A DNA stretch of 32,000 bases, taken from positions 120,001 through 152,000 of the forward strand of contig NZ_QLIR01000001.1 in assembly GCF_003428155.1 (NCBI RefSeq), written 5' to 3'. Shown here piece after piece: positions 26,634 to 32,000 of the stretch. Positions within the stretch are counted from its first letter, which is position 1. Each line of letters starts with the position of its first letter. Source of the stretch: Fastidiosibacter lacustris (GTDB lineage: Bacteria; Pseudomonadota; Gammaproteobacteria; Francisellales; Francisellaceae). Under the pieces are notes generated by a model. The model had not been told where the DNA came from. It searched no databases and saw only the letters and a list, made by a program, of their open reading frames with translations. Both the position numbers and the translations under genes were made by a program.

Positions 26634-28509
26634 AGAAGCGGAAGTTTTGACACGTGATTACACATTTAACGCCACGCATAGCAAGATTGACGTGGATGAG
26701 CGCACGGTTGAGCTCAGTTTCTCGAGCAATACGCCTTATCAGCGCTGGCAAGATGCCAATGAGGTATTAGAGCATCGCGCGGGAGCAATTGATTTATCGC
26801 GTTTAAACAACAAAGGCGCTCTGCTCGTTAATCATGATTGGAATCGTCAAATAGGGGTGGTGGAGCATGCTTATATAGATGGGGATAAAGCGCGCGCGGT
26901 GGTTAAATTTTCCAAGCGTCAAGAGGCACAGGATTTTTTCCAGGATGTCCAAGATGGGATTATTGCCAATGTTTCCGTTGGCTATAAAGTCGACAGAGCG
27001 GAGCCTGACCATACCAACAAAGCGGTGAGAGTTACTCGCTGGCAGCCGTTTGAAATTTCATTGGTTAGTGTGCCTGCCGATGTTACGGTCGGCATTGGAC
27101 GCAATCTTGCACAAAATAACAACAATGACGTTGCTGAACTAAAATCGGCTTTAAATCAAGTAAACCAAAACGTAAATAATATCAATCCAGAGGGGGAGAG
27201 AATGAACCAAGAAGCAAGAGAAGTTAAAACAGAGCCACAAGTCACACGCTCATTTGATGAGGGGTTAAAAGATGGAGTTAAAAATGAGCGTGAGCGTATA
27301 GCAAAAATTGATGCACTGGCGCGCGAGTTTAAGCAAGCGGACTTTGCCCGAAGCTACATCGATAATGGTACAGGCTTTGAGACATTTCAGAAAGATTTAC
27401 TCTTACATGTACAGTCCACACAAAGAGAACGATTAAAAATGTTGGAAAGTCAAAGCCCACAAGTCAATGCGGTGCAATCCTGTGCTAATAATATCGGGAT
27501 GAATGACAAAGAAACGCGAGAGTTTAGTCTCTCACGTGCAGTGCGTGCATTGGTGAATCCATTTGATATAAAAGCGCGTGAGGCTGCCAGTTTTGAGTTT
27601 GAGGCGTCCGATGCCGCAAAGCGTAAGCTTGGCATTAATGATGATTCGCTTATGATCCCGCCAGATGTGTTACAGCGTGATTTTAGTATTGCCACTGGCG
27701 GTAATGCATTAGTCCCAACGCAACTACAGGCGTCTAGTTTTATTGATATGTTACGCAATAAATCGATTATGCTGAGCATTGCACGGAGATTATCGGGCTT
27801 GCGAGGCAATATAGATATTCCGCGCCAAGTGGAAGGGTCTAATATTTACTGGGTGGGTGAGAATCAGGATGTTGGCGAAGGTAAGGTCACCACTGACCAG
27901 ATTCATTTAACGCCTAAAACTCTGGGAGCTTACCTAGAAGTCTCGCGTATGCTGATGATTAATAGCTCACTAGATGCTGAAACCATGGTGCGCAATGACT
28001 TGTTGGCAGCTGTGGCATTGGGGATTGATACGGCAGCATTATATGGCACAGGCAGCAATCATCAACCGTTAGGTTTGACGGGGGTTAGCGGCATCACGGC
28101 AGTTGAATACACTGGGGACAGTCCGTCTTTAGCGGATTATATCGGCTTAGAAACCAGTATTGCGTTACAAAATGCCGATGTTGCTAACATGCGTTATCTC
28201 TTGAACCCTGCACTAAGGGGCGCAGCTAAAACCACGCCAAGATTACCAGGCAGTGAAATGACGGTGTGGGAGCCAGGTAACACTATTAACGGTTATACGG
28301 TAGAGGTTACTAATCAGATTAAAGCCAAGCAGGTTATTTTTGGTGATTTTAGTCAGTTAATTATTGGGCTGTGGGATGGTTTGCGTTTGACCGTAAACCC
28401 TTATAGCTTGGACAAATCAGGTGGTATTCGTTTGGTCGTGATGCAAAGCGTGGATTTTGCCGTGCGCCGCCCTGAGTCGTTTGCGATTGCCAACAAAAAA
28501 ATAGTATAA
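26608..28509 (+). CDS. Fused HK97-type prohead protease and major capsid protein
   Basis: N-terminus VELSFSSNTPYQRW...GALLVNHDWNRQIGVVEHA..SVGYKV...WQPFEISLVSVPAD (protease). C-terminus ARRLSGLRGNIDIPRQ...GVSGI...VMQSVDFAVRRPESFAIANK (capsid). Confidence 0.88.
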   Translation: MQGYIKTIKEAEVLTRDYTFNATHSKIDVDERTVELSFSSNTPYQRWQDANEVLEHRAGAIDLSRLNNKGALLVNHDWNRQIGVVEHAYIDGDKARAVVKFSKRQEAQDFFQDVQDGIIANVSVGYKVDRAEPDHTNKAVRVTRWQPFEISLVSVPADVTVGIGRNLAQNNNNDVAELKSALNQVNQNVNNINPEGERMNQEAREVKTEPQVTRSFDEGLKDGVKNERERIAKIDALAREFKQADFARSYIDNGTGFETFQKDLLLHVQSTQRERLKMLESQSPQVNAVQSCANNIGMNDKETREFSLSRAVRALVNPFDIKAREAASFEFEASDAAKRKLGINDDSLMIPPDVLQRDFSIATGGNALVPTQLQASSFIDMLRNKSIMLSIARRLSGLRGNIDIPRQVEGSNIYWVGENQDVGEGKVTTDQIHLTPKTLGAYLEVSRMLMINSSLDAETMVRNDLLAAVALGIDTAALYGTGSNHQPLGLTGVSGITAVEYTGDSPSLADYIGLETSIALQNADVANMRYLLNPALRGAAKTTPRLPGSEMTVWEPGNTINGYTVEVTNQIKAKQVIFGDFSQLIIGLWDGLRLTVNPYSLDKSGGIRLVVMQSVDFAVRRPESFAIANKKIV

Positions 28510-28519
28510 GGGGCTAAAA

Positions 28520-28741
28520 ATGAAGGTAGAGTTGTTGCGATCCATTGTTGCTGCAGGTCAAGCGCGTAAGGTGGGGGATGTGGTGGAATTAAGTGCGCAT
28601 GAGTTTGATTTTTTAGCTAGTCGCGGACTTGTTAAGGAGGTTGCTAAAAATTTACTAAACGATGAAGAGCGACCTCAAGATGTGGAGGAGGATAAAAAGC
28701 TTGTATCACGTAAAGCAAGCAGCAAAAAGGCGGACAAATAA
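28520..28741 (+). CDS. Hypothetical head-region protein
   Basis: MKVELLRSIVAAGQARKVGDVVELSAHEFDFLASRGLVKEV; position after capsid gene. Confidence 0.6.
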   Translation: MKVELLRSIVAAGQARKVGDVVELSAHEFDFLASRGLVKEVAKNLLNDEERPQDVEEDKKLVSRKASSKKADK

Positions 28742-28744
28742 ACG

Positions 28745-29065
28745 ATGGCAGTTTATCTGGACAGCTTTGATTGTCTGTTTAATGATTTTGGTGAGCCTGT
28801 ACGCGTTGAGCGTACAGGGGACGAGTTAATTATTAAGCATGAACTGATAGAAAGCCTGCACGATTTGAGTTTGGCTAAATATAAAAACTGCTCAGGTGTG
28901 GCATGGCTTAAATTTATTGACAAAAACAAAATCGAGCGGCATGACATGCTGACATTATTAAACAGTGCACAGACGTATCGCGTCGAGCATAAGATGCTAG
29001 AGGGCGGTGGACTGGTCAAACTGATTTTAAGTGATGCGGTAAATAATGAGTATATCGATTTCTAA
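28745..29065 (+). CDS. Hypothetical head-tail connector-region protein
   Basis: ORF position in head module. Confidence 0.45.
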   Translation: MAVYLDSFDCLFNDFGEPVRVERTGDELIIKHELIESLHDLSLAKYKNCSGVAWLKFIDKNKIERHDMLTLLNSAQTYRVEHKMLEGGGLVKLILSDAVNNEYIDF

Positions 29066-29549
29066 GTCAGAGGCATTTGCTATTGCTGATGCGATAGGTG
29101 GCATACAAGCAACTGAGAAAGAGCTTGCTAATGCTTATCACCAATCCATAGGGCGTGCGGTGAATTATACCAATAAGCGCGTAACGCATGAAATAGCCAG
29201 CCGTTTAGATATTCCGTTAAAGTTATTAAGAAAACGACTGTTTGTTTTTAAGCAAGCGGACCAAAATCGCACTTACAAGGTTTGGGCAGGTTTAAATGAT
29301 TTGCCATTAGATGCTCTCGGCAAACCGAGAAAAAGTGGTGCTGACGTGATTGTGAAAGGTATTACAGCAAGCAATGCCTATATCACAAAAGCAGGACGTG
29401 TGCGCTTGCGTGGTACAAGTGAACTAGCAGTGCTGCCAATTGATGAAGCAGCAGAAGATTTGCTACAGAAGCTATTGCCTTACTACTTTTATTATTACTT
29501 TGAGAAAGAGTTCACCCGGTTGGTTAAATTTAAGTTTGGTGGCAATTGA
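29046..29549 (+). CDS. Prophage minor tail protein Z-like
   Basis: YHQSIGRAVNYTNKRVTHEIASRLDIPLKLLRKRLFVFK.. pattern. Confidence 0.6.
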   Translation: MSISISKSEAFAIADAIGGIQATEKELANAYHQSIGRAVNYTNKRVTHEIASRLDIPLKLLRKRLFVFKQADQNRTYKVWAGLNDLPLDALGKPRKSGADVIVKGITASNAYITKAGRVRLRGTSELAVLPIDEAAEDLLQKLLPYYFYYYFEKEFTRLVKFKFGGN

Positions 29550-30031
29550 TGAAAAACAGCATACGAAATACGCGCGCATTAAGCGAGCATATATTAAACA
29601 CATTACAAACACATGAACCGCGCATTGATTGGCAATTATATCCTGATGTGCAAACACTTAATGGGGTTAAGTTACCACTGGCGCATTTAGAGCTACAAAG
29701 CTTTGACTTAACGCCAAAAATCACCACGGATTTAAATACCGTTGAATGCACTTTTGCATTGCGTTTGTTGTTTAATGACACGTCCCTTGGGCAGCTTAAT
29801 ATTCGTGATGCAGCGCTTGCACTCAGTACATTTATTGATGGTAATTATTTTAAAAGCGAACAATTAGAGGCTGCGCAAGTCATTGCCAACCAACAGGACT
29901 TTTTTGCGCCAGAAGTGGACGGTTATATCAGTTGGGAAATCCTGTTTTTAATCCGTTTTTACTATGGTGATTCGGTATACGAAGAAAATGGCGCCTCGCC
30001 TGATGTTGAAGTAAATAGCAATCTGGATTAG
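29546..30031 (+). CDS. Hypothetical phage tail protein
   Basis: MKNSIRNTRALSEHILNTLQTHEPRIDW... in tail module. Confidence 0.5.
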   Translation: MMKNSIRNTRALSEHILNTLQTHEPRIDWQLYPDVQTLNGVKLPLAHLELQSFDLTPKITTDLNTVECTFALRLLFNDTSLGQLNIRDAALALSTFIDGNYFKSEQLEAAQVIANQQDFFAPEVDGYISWEILFLIRFYYGDSVYEENGASPDVEVNSNLD

Positions 30032-30033
30032 CG

Positions 30034-30741
30034 ATGGACGTGATGCAATACTTAACAGACATGCAACGGCGTTTAAATAATTTGGTTCGCGTGGGTACAG
30101 TTATTGAGACAAATGACACACGCTTAAAGGTAAAGTTGGGCGATAATAGCACGGGGTGGCTGCCGTGGGTGACACAAAGAACAGGGGATTGCGTCACATG
30201 GTGGAAGCCGTCCGTTGGTGAACAGGTGCTTGTTTTAAGTCCCTCTGGTGAGTTAAATAATGGTATTGTGCTACCTGCCATTTACACTAAAAATCAACCA
30301 ACACTAAACCAAAATGAGCACACAACGGTTTACAAAGATGGCACTCGTATTAGCTATGATTATGCGCAAAAGAAGCTATCTGTAAATTGCGTTGGTGATA
30401 TTGAAATCACAGCCGCTAAGATGCTCACTGCCGATATTACAGACTCGGTAACCATTAAAGGTGCTAAGACACTCAGCATTGATTTTGCGGGCAATATTGA
30501 CATCAAAACACCCACGCAAGTCAAAATTGATGCGCCTAATATGATTTGCACGGGCAACTTGTTAGTACAAGGTGGTTTAACGTATATGCAAGGCATGACA
30601 GGCTACAACCAAGGCGGTGGTAAAACGGCAACCATTCAAGGGGCGATTAATGTAACTGATGATGTGGTCGCTGGTGGCATCTCACTTAAAGGGCATATGC
30701 ATACTGGGGATAGTGGCGGTAGTACGTCAGCACCAAAATAA
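30034..30741 (+). CDS. Baseplate assembly protein V-like
   Basis: RRLNNLVRVGTVIETNDTRLKVKLGDNSTGWLPWVTQRTGDCVTWWKPSVGEQVLVLSPSGELNNGIVLPAIY. Confidence 0.85.
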   Translation: MDVMQYLTDMQRRLNNLVRVGTVIETNDTRLKVKLGDNSTGWLPWVTQRTGDCVTWWKPSVGEQVLVLSPSGELNNGIVLPAIYTKNQPTLNQNEHTTVYKDGTRISYDYAQKKLSVNCVGDIEITAAKMLTADITDSVTIKGAKTLSIDFAGNIDIKTPTQVKIDAPNMICTGNLLVQGGLTYMQGMTGYNQGGGKTATIQGAINVTDDVVAGGISLKGHMHTGDSGGSTSAPK

Positions 30742-30762
30742 AAAACAATTACTTATTAAAAA

Positions 30763-30787
30763 CCACGCTGTTTATTAAAACAGCGAC
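30763..30787 (-). repeat. CRISPR-repeat-like unit A' (truncated)
   Basis: Identical to unit A of cassette 1. Confidence 0.6.
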
Positions 30788-30815
30788 TTATATTAAATTT
30801 TAATAACAAACGAAA

Positions 30816-30854
30816 GTTTCAATCCAACACTATATTAACTGTTAATATAGCGAC
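30816..30854 (-). repeat. CRISPR-repeat-like unit C' (39 nt)
   Basis: Identical to unit C of cassette 1; the intervening unit B is absent. Confidence 0.75.
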
Positions 30855-30923
30855 CAAATCATTAAACATTATTTATTTTTTTTTGCAAGTTTTTTTTAGC
30901 CTTTCGGTGCTATTGTAACTATT

Positions 30924-31193
30924 TTAGAACCGACGTAGATCATTCCATGCTGCCTCGATGATTCGCTTAACAGTTTCGTACATTAAATTACTATCTTTAC
31001 CCTGATAGCCAAACGAATTAACAAAGGTTGAAAAGGTAAGCTCATCTCCTGTCTTAGTTGACCATTTGCTAAAGGCATGCGCAATAGCAATTGCTTTGCT
31101 CTGAAATGCTTTCGCTGCATCATATTGTGCTAGTTTTTCACGCCGCGATTGAATTATTTCTATTTCATCTTGTGTCAATTCATTGATTTTCAT
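30924..31193 (-). CDS. 89-aa ORFan (cassette protein E')
   Basis: Identical to 22512-22781 product. Confidence 0.7.
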   Translation of the reverse strand: MKINELTQDEIEIIQSRREKLAQYDAAKAFQSKAIAIAHAFSKWSTKTGDELTFSTFVNSFGYQGKDSNLMYETVKRIIEAAWNDLRRF

Positions 31194-31205
31194 ATTTTTC
31201 TACTC

Positions 31206-31529
31206 TTATCCCCAAATCATCTTGTGCTCCAATTTGTCAACATACTTAATAGACACGGCAAGTTTTAAAATTTCCCTAAGCGCATCTCTTTCTGTGAGGC
31301 ACCATTCATGTCTGTCTCGCACTGTAGGCATGACATTAATACCTGCATAATCCCCGCCAACAAACTCGGCTACCCATTGCTCTGGGTAATCGTATAGTTT
31401 GGCTGGGAATAATCCAAAAGCAGGGACATCATCTTGATTGTCTTTAAGTTTGACTAATCTAATCACTCCAAAAAAAGTTTCGATTTCTTTCGTTTCGATT
31501 ATTAGCTGCTCTTCAAATATTGTTCTCAT
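31206..31529 (-). CDS. 107-aa ORFan (cassette protein D'; intact copy)
   Basis: MRTIFEEQLIIETKEIETFFGVIRLVKLKDNQDDVPAFGLFPAKLYDYPEQW...; RBS AGGAGTTAAAAA-ATG. Confidence 0.75.
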   Translation of the reverse strand: MRTIFEEQLIIETKEIETFFGVIRLVKLKDNQDDVPAFGLFPAKLYDYPEQWVAEFVGGDYAGINVMPTVRDRHEWCLTERDALREILKLAVSIKYVDKLEHKMIWG

Positions 31530-31575
31530 TTTTTAACTCCTATTTTTATTGCCTGCTCACGTGAGGCTTTCCGCT

Positions 31576-31630
31576 ACCAGGTCCGTCCTGGTATGTTTGT
31601 TATTATATGGCGTTACGCCATGTAAAGCAA
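31576..31630 (-). promoter_or_regulatory. Cassette promoter P3 with operator
   Basis: Same as P1/P2: TATAAT(31607-31602), TTGCTT(31630-31625), operator ATGGCGTAACGCCAT at 31607-31621, leader hairpin at 31576-31592. Confidence 0.8.
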
Positions 31631-31760
31631 GTGGTTTTTAAAAAAATATTAAGTTTTTTTGGATAATGATGGTTAGTAGTCAATCAAATAATCCCGCACA
31701 ATCTTAACTCATATTTAGCCCCATTCTTGATCTATACCATCGGGGGAGGGTCTAAAAATA

Positions 31761-32000
31761 ATGAGAGGGGTAGACCGTTTTACAGGACGTGCCATTGATG
31801 ATATTGAGCACGTCCAGCAATCAATTAGAGATATTTTAACCACGCCAATTGGGACGCGTGTAATGCTGCGTAACTATGGCAGTCGTTTGTTTGATTTTAT
31901 TGACAAACCGATGAATAACCAAACGATTGTACAAGTGATATTAGCAGCAGCGCAAGCTATTGATACATGGGAGCCAAGGGTCAAACTTACGCGCGTTGTG
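31761..32000 (+). CDS. Baseplate gp25/gpW-like protein (partial, runs off the window)
   Basis: My translation: MRGVDRFTGRAIDDIEHVQQSIRDILTTPIGTRVMLRNYGSRLFDFIDKP...; the DILTTPIGTRVMLRNYGSRLF motif is typical. Confidence 0.85.
   Translation, partial: MRGVDRFTGRAIDDIEHVQQSIRDILTTPIGTRVMLRNYGSRLFDFIDKPMNNQTIVQVILAAAQAIDTWEPRVKLTRVV

Larger units (their letters stand above)
30737..31750 (-). other. Accessory cassette 2, inserted between gpV and gp25/gpW-like genes
   Basis: Matches the two ends of cassette 1 but lacks its middle about 1.57 kb (HTH gene, ORF B, solitary repeat, ORF A). It starts at the gpV stop codon. Confidence 0.85.

Overview
The left part of the window is chromosomal: the 3' part of an mltA-like gene (minus), grpE-dnaK-dnaJ with heat-shock-type promoter and terminator signals, and tRNA-Arg(CCG). 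It is followed by a small island (a frameshifted hicA with intact hicB, a secreted Cys-rich Hint-domain protein, a DinJ/YafQ-like toxin-antitoxin pair) and a minus-strand sugar block (FSA/transaldolase-like protein, LuxR-type regulator, MFS sugar porter). From about 10.8 kb to the end is a temperate tailed-phage genome. It has replication/recombination genes (DnaD-like, Bet/Redbeta-like annealing protein, Gp157-like, RusA, a protein with an SSB-like DDEIPF tail), a ParB-DNA methyltransferase fusion, terminase subunits, a portal, a fused protease-capsid protein, and tail/baseplate genes. The most interesting content is a pair of related minus-strand accessory cassettes inside the plus-strand virion genes. 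One lies between terL and the head-joining gene (22247-24906) and the other between gpV and the gp25/gpW-like gene (30737-31750). Both carry the same promoter with a perfect 7-bp inverted-repeat operator and small ORFans; cassette 1 also has an HTH gene. They also carry CRISPR-repeat-like units of the form GTCGC-[11-bp stem]-(GCG/GTG)TTGGATTGAAAC. Stem sequence differs between units while the 5'/3' ends stay conserved, and all three loci share a 34-nt leader. Copy number differs by exactly one 78-bp unit between cassettes. No cas genes are visible. I interpret this as a candidate anti-CRISPR locus combining small protein Acr candidates, an Aca-like repressor and RNA-based crRNA-mimic decoys (Racr/solitary-repeat-like). 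This is inference and needs testing. A second non-coding signal is a strongly structured region (10916-10994) just upstream of the first phage replication gene, possibly an immunity or regulatory RNA.
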